64,000 nt of DNA, taken from positions 10,173 through 74,172 of the forward strand of contig JASGDN010000036.1 of NCBI GenBank assembly GCA_049841275.1, written 5' to 3'. Made by a program: the position numbers and the translations under genes. Shown here piece after piece: positions 10,522-18,895 of this stretch. How positions within the stretch are numbered: the stretch's first letter is position 1; each line of letters starts with the position of its first letter. The stretch is from Thermomicrobiales bacterium (GTDB lineage Bacteria; Chloroflexota; Chloroflexia; Thermomicrobiales; UBA6265). The notes beneath the pieces were generated by a model. It did not search any database. It was not told the origin of the DNA and saw only the letters and a list, made by a program, of their open reading frames with translations.

Positions 10522-11570
10522 CGATCCGCCTCCGGCCCAAACGCCGCGAGAACGGCCGGCGTCGCCAGCAGCGGCAACACGATCATCACGACAAGATCGA
10601 CCGGAGGCCATGTCAACCGGGGATACGGGTCGAACGTCAGGCCCGCCCGATGCGTCGCCCATCGCGCCAGGAAGACGCCCGCAACTACGATTGCCCCGGC
10701 ACACACCAGGGAATCCGTCCAGCGCCAGCGGGCCTCCCGGTATCGTGTACGCAGGACAACCACCGCCGGGCGACGCAGCAAGCCAACCGTAAGCGCACCA
10801 ATGCCGCCGGCGAGCAGGATCGGCCAGGCGATGCGTCCCCCGGTGAAAAGGTCGTAGCAGGCAGCCGCCAACGCCACCAGACCGGCGACCAGCGAAAGGT
10901 CCGCAAGCCAGGCCCGTCGTGCGGACATCGCGCCAGCCGTACCGCCGAACCCGCGCGCCTCTAGCACCTCCGCGGTCGTCATCGCGCGTTCCAGCCCCTG
11001 CGCCAGCAACGGTACGATCAGCGGCAGGAATGTCCTCGGCCCATGCAACGGCATCCCGCGCAACCGCATCGACTCGCGGATGTCGGTGAAGGATCGCGAG
11101 AGTTCCGGCAGGAAGACCCACGCCACGGACCCCGCCACCGCCAGAACGGCGACCCGCTGGGGCAGGATTCGCATCAGATCGATCCAGCGGGCAAGCGCCC
11201 CCAGCGTGGTGCCGATCAGCAGCAGAACGAAGAGCGCGAGGGCGCTCACGACGCCGTAGGCAAATGCGTTCCACGTCAGGTCGCCCCCGATCAGCGGCCA
11301 GGCGTCCGGCAGGGACAGCAACACGCGATCGCCCGACCGCACGGTGAGGACGTTGAAGACGACGCCGATCGCCAGCATCACGGGCGCGAGGCGCAGCATC
11401 CAGCCGATACCGACGAGACGCTCCGGCGAGACACACGCGAAGCGCACGGTGAGGGCGATCATCCCAAGTTCGGCCAGCACGAAGGGGTTGCGGGCAACGA
11501 ATGCCACCAGGAAGGCACACCCTCCCCAGACGAGCCACGCACGGACATCGAACGACGGCGTCGCCCTCAT
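10518..11570 (-). CDS. ECF transporter transmembrane (T) component, CbiQ/EcfT family
   Basis: 350-aa polytopic protein with conserved Arg-containing coupling helices (..IRESMRLRG.. and ..EVLEARGFG..). ATGA overlaps at both ends. Confidence 0.88.
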   Translation of the reverse strand: MRATPSFDVRAWLVWGGCAFLVAFVARNPFVLAELGMIALTVRFACVSPERLVGIGWMLRLAPVMLAIGVVFNVLTVRSGDRVLLSLPDAWPLIGGDLTWNAFAYGVVSALALFVLLLIGTTLGALARWIDLMRILPQRVAVLAVAGSVAWVFLPELSRSFTDIRESMRLRGMPLHGPRTFLPLIVPLLAQGLERAMTTAEVLEARGFGGTAGAMSARRAWLADLSLVAGLVALAAACYDLFTGGRIAWPILLAGGIGALTVGLLRRPAVVVLRTRYREARWRWTDSLVCAGAIVVAGVFLARWATHRAGLTFDPYPRLTWPPVDLVVMIVLPLLATPAVLAAFGPEADR

Positions 11571-12247
11571 CCGAGGTGCATCCGGGTGCGGGAGGCCGTG
11601 CGGCGCACCAGCAGCACACCACCCACGCCCACCGCCAGGAGGATGATCCCTGCGCCGGCATAGGCAGCCGTCGATGGAGAAGCCGCCGCCGGCATCGCCA
11701 GACCGACCGAACGCACCGACGCCTGAAGCGGTGACGCGTCGGGATCGAAGCCGCTACGAGCCATCACGTCGTCGAGCGACAGGAACGGAACGTCCGCCGG
11801 CAGCCCCTGCCCACCCGCCCAGGCCCAGCCGTAGATCTGTCCGGCCTCCACCTTCACCCCTGACGCACCGAGCGGACTCATCACCCACCCGCTGTCACCA
11901 ACCAGGAGGTACCGCCAGAACGGGGAATTGCTATCGGCCGTCTGGCAAAGGCGTGTCCGGCAGGCAGAGACATCGCAGCCCACGACCTCGATCTTGCAGA
12001 CGCCCTGGCCGTAGCCGCCGAATCCGATCGCAAGCACCGTCAGCCCTGAACGCTCGAGCAGTGCAACGCCATCGATCTGCTCGCCATCCAGAGGCACGGT
12101 GGCATAGCTGTATGCGCCATCGCCATAGGAGATCACGAGTCCGGCGACATCCGGAGGCGCCGTTGCCGATACCGATGCTGGCGGCGCACCGCCAGACATG
12201 GCGGCCAGCAGCGCCCACGCAACGAGGACCGGGAGGATGCGTGGCAT
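11567..12247 (-). CDS. Secreted protein with a DUF4430-like (transcobalamin beta-domain-like) fold and a C-terminal TM anchor (tentative)
   Basis: Signal peptide MPRILPVLVAWALLAAMSGG. The core (..GVALLERSGLTV..GYGQGVCKIEVVGC..FWRYLLVGDSGWVMSPLGASGVKVEAGQIYGWAW) fits the DUF4430 pattern as I remember it. C-terminal helix AGIILLAVGVGGVLLV followed by basic residues. ATG 12247 has GGAGG upstream. Confidence 0.55.
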   Translation of the reverse strand: MPRILPVLVAWALLAAMSGGAPPASVSATAPPDVAGLVISYGDGAYSYATVPLDGEQIDGVALLERSGLTVLAIGFGGYGQGVCKIEVVGCDVSACRTRLCQTADSNSPFWRYLLVGDSGWVMSPLGASGVKVEAGQIYGWAWAGGQGLPADVPFLSLDDVMARSGFDPDASPLQASVRSVGLAMPAAASPSTAAYAGAGIILLAVGVGGVLLVRRTASRTRMHLG

Positions 12248-12313
12248 CCTCCCGGCCTCCCGCCCGTTCATCGACGTGGTGAATGCCCGCCCAGGACGCA
12301 CGACCGCGACCGG

Positions 12314-13312
12314 CTACGCCGCCAGCGCCGCGGCCGCCGGGACGATCGGGAATGCAACCTCGGCCTGCGCTGGAATCGCCTGCACCGTCGCGAGCAGGTT
12401 CGGACCCGGCATCGAATCCTGGTAGAGGAACGAACCGTCGGCATTCTGGAAGGTCGCCAGCGCTGCACTCAGCGGGGAGACATCCTCACCGACCGCCAGC
12501 AAGCCCTGGATCGCCAGCGCCGTCGAATTGGCGTCCGGCAACGACCCTTCCGCCGCGTTGTAAGATGCGCCGCCCGTGGTGATGGTCGTCTTCAGGTACG
12601 CTGCGCCACGCGTCGCCAGATCGCTCTTCTCCTCGCCCATCGCCGCCAACGCCTGCAGCACCATCGCCGTGGTGTTGCTGTCGGCATTTGCATCGTCGGC
12701 CGAGCCGTCGAAAGACCAACCGCCGTTCGTGGCCTGACCCTGCTGGATGGCATCGAGCGCAGAATCCGGAATGTCGGATCCGGTCGCCTTCAACGCCAGG
12801 ATGGCCAGAGCGTGATCGTAGAAGCCACCGCCGTAGATGCCAGTCTCCGCGTTTTGGCCGTGCTGGACGATCAAGATCGGCGTCACCGAAGCGAACCCGT
12901 TCGGATCGACACCGGCCGCAATCAGGCCAAGCGTCAGCTTCGCCGCCTGTCCGACCCCCGTCTGGGTGTAGACCAGCGCGACATCGCCACTCTCCAGATA
13001 GCCGATCGCCTTGTCGATGGAATCACCGACATCGACACCCGCGCCCTTCGCGGCAGCCAGTGCCGTAAGCGCGTCGACCGTCGTTCCCGCATCCGGTTCC
13101 CCGGAGAAGCCCATGAACGACCCGTCGTCGTTCTGCTGCGAGATCAGCCAGGCAGTCGCCGCTTCGATGCCGCCACCCGACACCGGCGATGCGACCGGAG
13201 ATGCAGCAGGCGACGCCTGCGCCAGCACTCCGCGCGCTCCTGGCAACAACGCCACCATCATCGCCAGCACGATCCCCAGGATCGCGATAACGCTTCGCCC
13301 TCGTGCTCTCAT
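12314..13312 (-). CDS. Secreted prenyltransferase/squalene-oxidase-repeat (alpha/alpha-toroid) protein
   Basis: Signal peptide followed by an ASPAASPVASP linker. Repeated QW-like motifs: QQNDDGSF, ATNGGWSF, QNADGSFLY. First gene downstream of the cobalamin riboswitch. Confidence 0.7.
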   Translation of the reverse strand: MRARGRSVIAILGIVLAMMVALLPGARGVLAQASPAASPVASPVSGGGIEAATAWLISQQNDDGSFMGFSGEPDAGTTVDALTALAAAKGAGVDVGDSIDKAIGYLESGDVALVYTQTGVGQAAKLTLGLIAAGVDPNGFASVTPILIVQHGQNAETGIYGGGFYDHALAILALKATGSDIPDSALDAIQQGQATNGGWSFDGSADDANADSNTTAMVLQALAAMGEEKSDLATRGAAYLKTTITTGGASYNAAEGSLPDANSTALAIQGLLAVGEDVSPLSAALATFQNADGSFLYQDSMPGPNLLATVQAIPAQAEVAFPIVPAAAALAA

Positions 13313-13405
13313 GCAGTTCCCTTCCAGACGCGAACTCGCGCCAGCCATTCCATCGTGCCGAACGCCCCGCGGGAACGCCGGATCACTCCCGAAACCAACG
13401 CAAAT

Positions 13406-13432
13406 GCCCCGCTCCTTGATGAGGAGCGGGGC
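13406..13432 (-). terminator. Putative riboswitch-controlled intrinsic terminator (expression platform)
   Basis: The minus strand reads gccccgctcct-catca-aggagcggggc followed by atttgcgttggttt. It lies between the B12 aptamer and the first ORF. Confidence 0.55.
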
Positions 13433-13519
13433 GAACCCGGAACGCGTTACCCCAGCACTTCATCGTGCGGCCGGGACGCGATCGCATCCGGAACCGGATG
13501 CCTCCTCCCTCTGACGCGA

Positions 13520-13650
13520 AGGGAGCAGCCTGCCACGATCCCAGGTCGCCTGACTTCCGCCAGCATAGCGGTCACAGTTGCGCGACAGTTCCGGACTCGC
13601 ACCGGATTCCCCTGGCTCACCGAAGCGTACACGCCTCGCCGATCGTCGCG
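13520..13650 (-). promoter_or_regulatory. Cobalamin (AdoCbl) riboswitch
   Basis: The minus strand reads GGTGAGCCAGGGGAATCCGGTGCGAGTCCGGAACTGTCGCGCAACTGTGACCGC..GCGGAAGTCAGGCGACCTGGG. This is the conserved GGGAA..GGTG.GA.TCC..CCGCAACTGT core plus the B12 box (AGTCAGG.GACCTG) at 13541-13560. Confidence 0.85.
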
Positions 13651-13731
13651 CCCGCGTATCGCGGGCACGGCAATCGTCCCACTCCGCAAGGCAGCATGTC
13701 AATCGCCCCGCGACGACCGCGACGGCAGCGC

Positions 13732-14364
13732 TCAGCTGTCGTAGACCGGCAGCCGCGCGACGAGGACCCCCTCCTCCGGCGCCATCTTCAGCACATATTC
13801 CGGATGGTTGGGAATCAGGATATCGGGACCGCCCGCGCTTGGCGTGACAACGAGCACATCGTGTGCGCCCGTCTCGATGAGATCGGAGACGGCGCCGATC
13901 TCGGCCCCCTGCTCGTCTTCCACCTTCAGGCCGATAAGCTGGAAGAGGAAATACTCGCCTTCCGCAAGCGGCCGCGCGTCGCTGCCGGCGATCTTCACCG
14001 CGCGCCCGCTCAGCTCCTTCGCCTGCTCCGGCGTGGTGATGCCTTCCAGCCGGATCAGCAACAGATCGCCGTGCTCACGTACGGCGAGCAACCGCATCGG
14101 CACGGGTGGCTCCCCGATGTAGACCTGCTTCACGGTGGCAAGGTGATCCGGCTGATCGGTGAGCACGCGCATCTTGAGTTCGCCACGCACCCCATGGCTC
14201 CCCGCCAGCACACCCTCGGTAAGGAATGTCTCGGAGACGGGTGTCGTCGGCTCGGGACCGGCCGTCTCGATCAGCCGCTTCACACGGGGGGCGGTGCGTC
14301 GCCGGGGACTGGCGGCCGGACGCCGCTTCGGGGCGCCGGAACCGGGATCGGAAGATTCGGGCAC
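13732..14364 (-). CDS. rimM: 16S rRNA processing protein RimM
   Basis: ..GVRGELKMRVLTDQP.. N-domain and a PRC-barrel C-domain (..YFLFQLIGLKVEDEQG..). Probable GTG start at 14364 with AGGAG 5 nt upstream. The tracked start at 14394 is also GTG. Confidence 0.85.
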   Translation of the reverse strand: MPESSDPGSGAPKRRPAASPRRRTAPRVKRLIETAGPEPTTPVSETFLTEGVLAGSHGVRGELKMRVLTDQPDHLATVKQVYIGEPPVPMRLLAVREHGDLLLIRLEGITTPEQAKELSGRAVKIAGSDARPLAEGEYFLFQLIGLKVEDEQGAEIGAVSDLIETGAHDVLVVTPSAGGPDILIPNHPEYVLKMAPEEGVLVARLPVYDS

Positions 14365-14464
14365 AAGGAACTCCTGACGAGAAGGCTCAAACACGCCGAC
14401 AGCGTATCGTCCCGATGCGGAACGATACGCTGTCGAACGAGGACCATTGATATCGCTTGACGGC

Positions 14465-14857
14465 CTACACCGCGGTCAGGCTCTCGATGTCGAGGCTGAC
14501 CCGCAGGTGATGCCGCGACCCGGCAACCGTGAGCGCCGTGCGCATCGCCTTGGCGATCCGCCCACCCCGCCCGATCACCTTGCCAAGTTCCTCTTCGGGA
14601 ACGTTGACGGAGAGATGGATCGTGGTCCCGCGCTGCTCGGAAGCGATCTGCACCGCATCCGGCTGATCGACGAGGTTGCCCACAATGTAGGACACCAGCC
14701 CTTCGAGCTGCTGACGGGGATCGCCGGACACGTCGAAGGCATCGGCCAATGGCTCGACGACATCCTCGTCACCGCCGTCGAGATCGTCCACATCGCTATC
14801 GCGATCGATGAACGCATCGTCGGCCTCGGCTGGAGTCAGGTCGTCCCGGTCGCTCAT
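14465..14857 (-). CDS. KH-domain RNA-binding protein (YlqC/UPF0109-like) with an acidic N-terminal extension
   Basis: GXXG motif in GKVIGRGGRIAKAMR. Start overlaps the rpsP stop (ATGA). Occupies the conserved position between rpsP and rimM. Confidence 0.85.
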   Translation of the reverse strand: MSDRDDLTPAEADDAFIDRDSDVDDLDGGDEDVVEPLADAFDVSGDPRQQLEGLVSYIVGNLVDQPDAVQIASEQRGTTIHLSVNVPEEELGKVIGRGGRIAKAMRTALTVAGSRHHLRVSLDIESLTAV

Positions 14858-15144
14858 GCGGCGGCTTCGACGGCCGGAGCGGCCTCGGTCACCTTGCCAT
14901 CCTCACCGAGGATGCCCTGCCGCTTCAGCAGGCCGGCGACGGTTTCGGTCGGCTGGGCGCCAACACTCAACCAGTGGCGGACGCGCTCGTCCTTGGTGAC
15001 GACGGTAGCCGGCTCCGTGAGCGGGTCGTAATGGCCAACGATCTCGATGAAACGGCCATCGCGCGGCGAGCTGTGCTCGGCGGCGACGATCCGGTAGAAC
15101 GGGCGCTTCTTGGCGCCCATCCGGCGCAATCGCAACTTGATCAC
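14854..15144 (-). CDS. rpsP: 30S ribosomal protein S16
   Basis: (M)IKLRLRRMGAKKRPFYRIVAAEHSSPRDGRFIEIVGHYDP. GTG start with GGGAGAG upstream. Confidence 0.95.
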   Translation of the reverse strand: MIKLRLRRMGAKKRPFYRIVAAEHSSPRDGRFIEIVGHYDPLTEPATVVTKDERVRHWLSVGAQPTETVAGLLKRQGILGEDGKVTEAAPAVEAAA

Positions 15145-15821
15145 GTAGTACTCTCCCGATGCGATCCGGAATCAGGTCGGAACGGATCGCCAGATTGCTC
15201 TCTCGATATGCGGAAAACCCTGCTTGCACCGGCCGATGACCGGCGAGCGAACCCACGCGAACGGCCGAAACCCTCCGGGACCTGGCTGGGCCGGGTGGCA
15301 CTGATACCCGGAACCGTCCGTCCGCAAGGCAGACCCGTCGCCGCGAACGGCAATCGGCAACCACGGAACGTTCCACCCCTGGCCGCAGATGCACGAGCCC
15401 GGACAACTCCGGGCACACCATACGACCGCTTCGGCGGCTTCACTACGCTACTCTAGCACAGGCAGCGCCGCCAGGGCAAAATCCAGCGTATGCGTCCCGA
15501 AGGGATGAACGCGATCGAAGCGACGAGTGCGTACGTACGCATCCTTGCGATCGAAAGCACGATATTCCACGACACCGTCGATTGCACTGTAGCGCGGATC
15601 ATTGTCGTATGCGAACGAAACCTATTGCGAAAAGGCGTACGGATTGTTAGGATATGGTAACAAGAGCGTGAAGCGCTCCCTTGGATCGGGGGCAAGCTTC
15701 ACGAGGCTGGTTCAGGCTTCTACCCATTTCCTCTAACCAGATGTTGGCTGTCACCATCACCGGCTCAATCGGTGGTGCATGGCATTGCCGTGACGCTTTT
15801 CACGAAAGGACTCGCCCAACC

Positions 15822-16058
15822 ATGACCGCGCTTCCCAAGACCGAGATCCGCAATCTTCGGCCCAGCATCGTGATCGCCGAGGCACTCGTCGATCGTCAGC
15901 AGCCTGCGGAGATTGTCGATCGTGCAAGGGAGCTTGGGTTTTCGCGCGATCTGACCGAGGCCGTCGTCCACGTCTGCTGTCGTGGCACCCACGCCGGCGA
16001 GTCCTGCGTTTCCCAAAACACGTCGTCGTGCATGGAAACAGCCATCTCCGCCGACTGA
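15822..16058 (+). CDS. Small hypothetical protein
   Basis: 78-aa ORF from ATG 15822, with a strong hairpin terminator downstream. No recognisable family. Start uncertain. Confidence 0.3.
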   Translation: MTALPKTEIRNLRPSIVIAEALVDRQQPAEIVDRARELGFSRDLTEAVVHVCCRGTHAGESCVSQNTSSCMETAISAD

Positions 16059-16094
16059 TCCATCCTGAAACACCATCGCTCGACCCGGAACGTC

Positions 16095-16128
16095 GAAGGG
16101 GAGGCCGCTTGGGTGCGGCCTCCCCTTC
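16095..16128. terminator. Bidirectional hairpin terminator between convergent genes
   Basis: gaaggggaggccgc-ttgggt-gcggcctccccttc forms a 14-bp perfect stem. Confidence 0.6.
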
Positions 16129-16156
16129 GTTACGTTCGCGATAGCGCGGGGTCTGC

Positions 16157-16870
16157 CTACGATCGGATCGCGGGCTGAGAGATGAACACCGGATCACCCG
16201 ATCCATTGTCGTCGAGGCGGGCCGCGGTGAGCTTGCCGGTATTGCGCGGCATGGTATTGAGGCAGATCTTGTTCGGCAGCACTAGCGGTTCCTGCACCGG
16301 CGTATGCCCGTAGACGACCACCTTACCCCAATCGTAGTCCGATTGGATGAAGTCGTCACGAATCCAGAGCATATCCTCCGGGTCGTTCTCGGCCAGCGGC
16401 AACGACGGTCGTAGCCCGGCATGGACGAAGATGTAGCGATTCGTCTCGATTGCCATACCGAGCGCCGACATCCAGAAGAGATGGGCCGGCTCGATGTCGG
16501 ATACAGGGTTCCGCTTCGGGTCGACACGCGCGTCCGGCCCAGCATACGACCGCCAGGTCGCATCGCCGCCATTGCTCCACCAGCGGCTGAACCGCTTCAT
16601 GTCGCTTTCATCCCACGCGGCCTGCGCTTCCAGCAGCATCGCCTCATGATTCCCCATCAGGAACCCCCAGTGGGGAAAGAGCCGTTGCCAGGCGATCAGC
16701 TGCATCACCACCAGGCGTGCGTCCGGCCCGCTATCCACGTAGTCGCCAAGGAAGATCAGCCGGTCCCGCGCGGGCTCGAATCCGTCGTCCAGGAGCTGGC
16801 CGTAGAGCGCGCGCAACTCCTGAAAGTGCCCGTGCAGGTCGCCAATCGCATACAGCCGGGCATCGGTCAT
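16157..16870 (-). CDS. Metallophosphoesterase (PPP-family Ser/Thr phosphatase / ApaH-like)
   Basis: Motifs GDLHGH, GDYVDSG, GNHE and VHAG. I chose ATG 16870; the tracked start at 16897 is TTG. Confidence 0.85.
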   Translation of the reverse strand: MTDARLYAIGDLHGHFQELRALYGQLLDDGFEPARDRLIFLGDYVDSGPDARLVVMQLIAWQRLFPHWGFLMGNHEAMLLEAQAAWDESDMKRFSRWWSNGGDATWRSYAGPDARVDPKRNPVSDIEPAHLFWMSALGMAIETNRYIFVHAGLRPSLPLAENDPEDMLWIRDDFIQSDYDWGKVVVYGHTPVQEPLVLPNKICLNTMPRNTGKLTAARLDDNGSGDPVFISQPAIRS

Positions 16871-16973
16871 GGTGTCCAGTATCCGCTCAGCATTCAACGC
16901 TCCCCTGCTTCAGCCTCGTTCGCGAGGCCACGAGCAGGGTACGCCATCAGGCCCCTCCCCGGCGAGCCTGCGG

Positions 16974-18662
16974 TCAGCCAGCAACGCCTGCCGTCTCAGG
17001 CGACGGGGCCTCCACACGCGGCAGGAAGCGGGTCATGTAGCGGCGGTAGGCGTCCATATCGCCGGCTATCCGCTCGTCGGACCATCCCTGTGCCTGCTGC
17101 ACGATCGGAGCCAGAGCGTCCAGCGCCCCAAACCCGGCATCCGGCGCATATCCGATCATGGACCGGCGGAGGACCGAGTCCGTGAGCGTGCGGGCGCGTT
17201 CCTCCCTGAAGCCGAAGACGACGGTTGCCGCCATTGCGCCAGTTTCATCATGCACGACCGCGCGCAGCTCGGGCTCCGCCTCAGCTAGCGCGAGGACGGC
17301 GCGGGCACGAGTTCCATAGACCCTCAGCAGGTGCTCGATCGAACGCGGCGCAATCCACGCCGGAGCCTCCCGCCGGAACCGTTCGGCGAACTGTCCGAAA
17401 TGGGCGACGGCGCCCGGCAGCATCGCGGTCGAGGTGCGCTCGGCCGGGAGCGAGCGGCCGAGCTTCTTCCCGACCACATCCACCGTCTCCTCGGCAAGGC
17501 TGCGGAAGGTGGTCAGCTTGCCACCGACGATCGAGATCAGACCGGCGTAGTCCGGCGAGTGATCGTGGATGATGTGCTTGCGGGTGATACTGCCTTCCTT
17601 GCCCTCCGGCGCCCACGGCAACGGACGCAGCCCGGCGTAGGCGTAGAGCACGTCGTCGCGCGTCAGCCCAGCCGCCGGAATCGCAAGGTTGGATTCCGTC
17701 AGGAGATAGGCGATCTCGTCTTCGCCCGGCACGACGCGATCGAGATCGCCGTCGTAGCGAACATCGGTGGTGCCAATCAGATAGAGCCCGTTCCAGGGGA
17801 TGATGAAGTAGGGACGGCCATCCTGGCGCGCCTCGATATAGAGCGCATCCATCGGCGCACCGGGGAACGGGCGCACGATGATGTGCGTTCCCTTCGTGCC
17901 GCCGACGAGCCGCGATGCCGTCTCGATTCCAGACTCCTGAAGGACCGTATCGACCCAGCTGCCGGTGACATTCACCGTCACCTTGCCGAAGACCGTCGCC
18001 GTCTCGCCGGTGAGGAGGTCCGTGAGGTCCGCTCCCCGCACGACGCCAGCTTCCAGGATCAGGCGCTCGACCTGGGTATACGTCGCCGCCACGGCGCCAT
18101 GCGCGATCGCATCGAGCACGTTCTCCACGACCAGGCGCTCGCTGTACTCCGCCTGCGCATCGTAGTAGCGCGCCGCCGCCACCAATCCATCCGGGTTGAG
18201 GCCGGGTTCGTGCGCAAGCGCGCCCTGCGCGTTGTACATCGTGTGATGCGGCAGGCTCTTGTCGAACGACAAGGCATCGTAGGCAACCATGCCGGCGCGG
18301 ATCATGAGCGGCCCGCGCTGATGCCCCCTGTAGATCGGCAATGTCAACGGAAGCGGATGCACGAGATGCGGTGCATTCCGCAGCAGGCGCTCGCGCTCGC
18401 GCAGCGACTCCCGCACCAGGCCAACCTCGCCGTGTTCCAGGTAGCGCAACCCCCCGTGAATGAGCCGGCTCGACCAACTGGACGTTCCGGCGGACAGATC
18501 GCCCTTGTCGACCAGCAGGACGCGCAGACCCCGCATCGCCGCATCACGCGCGATGCCCGCCCCGTTGATCCCTGCCCCGATCACGATCAGGTCGAAGGGA
18601 TCACCTCCAACCGCCTCCGCCAAACCGGGTTTCGCCGCACCTTCGATCCCCTGTCCACTCAT
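16974..18662 (-). CDS. glpD: FAD-dependent glycerol-3-phosphate dehydrogenase
   Basis: DLIVIGAGINGAGIARD dinucleotide fold, ..SSRLIHGGLRYLE.., and a C-terminal GlpD-type helical domain. ATG at 18662. Confidence 0.9.
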   Translation of the reverse strand: MSGQGIEGAAKPGLAEAVGGDPFDLIVIGAGINGAGIARDAAMRGLRVLLVDKGDLSAGTSSWSSRLIHGGLRYLEHGEVGLVRESLRERERLLRNAPHLVHPLPLTLPIYRGHQRGPLMIRAGMVAYDALSFDKSLPHHTMYNAQGALAHEPGLNPDGLVAAARYYDAQAEYSERLVVENVLDAIAHGAVAATYTQVERLILEAGVVRGADLTDLLTGETATVFGKVTVNVTGSWVDTVLQESGIETASRLVGGTKGTHIIVRPFPGAPMDALYIEARQDGRPYFIIPWNGLYLIGTTDVRYDGDLDRVVPGEDEIAYLLTESNLAIPAAGLTRDDVLYAYAGLRPLPWAPEGKEGSITRKHIIHDHSPDYAGLISIVGGKLTTFRSLAEETVDVVGKKLGRSLPAERTSTAMLPGAVAHFGQFAERFRREAPAWIAPRSIEHLLRVYGTRARAVLALAEAEPELRAVVHDETGAMAATVVFGFREERARTLTDSVLRRSMIGYAPDAGFGALDALAPIVQQAQGWSDERIAGDMDAYRRYMTRFLPRVEAPSPETAGVAG

Positions 18663-18895
18663 CTGTTGCACTACCCTGTTCGTTCCCGATTTCCGCCGGG
18701 ATTGGGCCGGAAATCCACATCGATCGCTAGCCACAATTGTAGGCGGTCGCACACCACTCGATTGAACTTTCGTGCAGCACATCCGTGCATAGGATGCATT
18801 CCGCCTATACTCGCCGCCTGCTGACACGCTTCAGCGCCGCCTGTATAGTGCCCCTGTCGTTCCGTCCCTCAGCCCGATTCGGAGGCTCCACGCAC

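Noticed and set aside
10522-11661. N-terminal 380-aa extension of the tracked 944-aa ECF ATPase ORF (8827-11661).
   Set aside because: The extension overlaps the CbiQ/EcfT gene in another frame and is Arg/Gly/Ala low-complexity. A clean ATGA-coupled start exists at 10521.
15172-15193. SRP-RNA-like string tcaggtcggaacggatcgccag (and ccaggtcccggaggg on the other strand at about 15270-15284).
   Set aside because: It lacks the GGAA tetraloop with the AGCAGC symmetric-loop arrangement of SRP helix 8. It sits in the rpsP 5' UTR and more simply forms a local hairpin (atccg..cggat).
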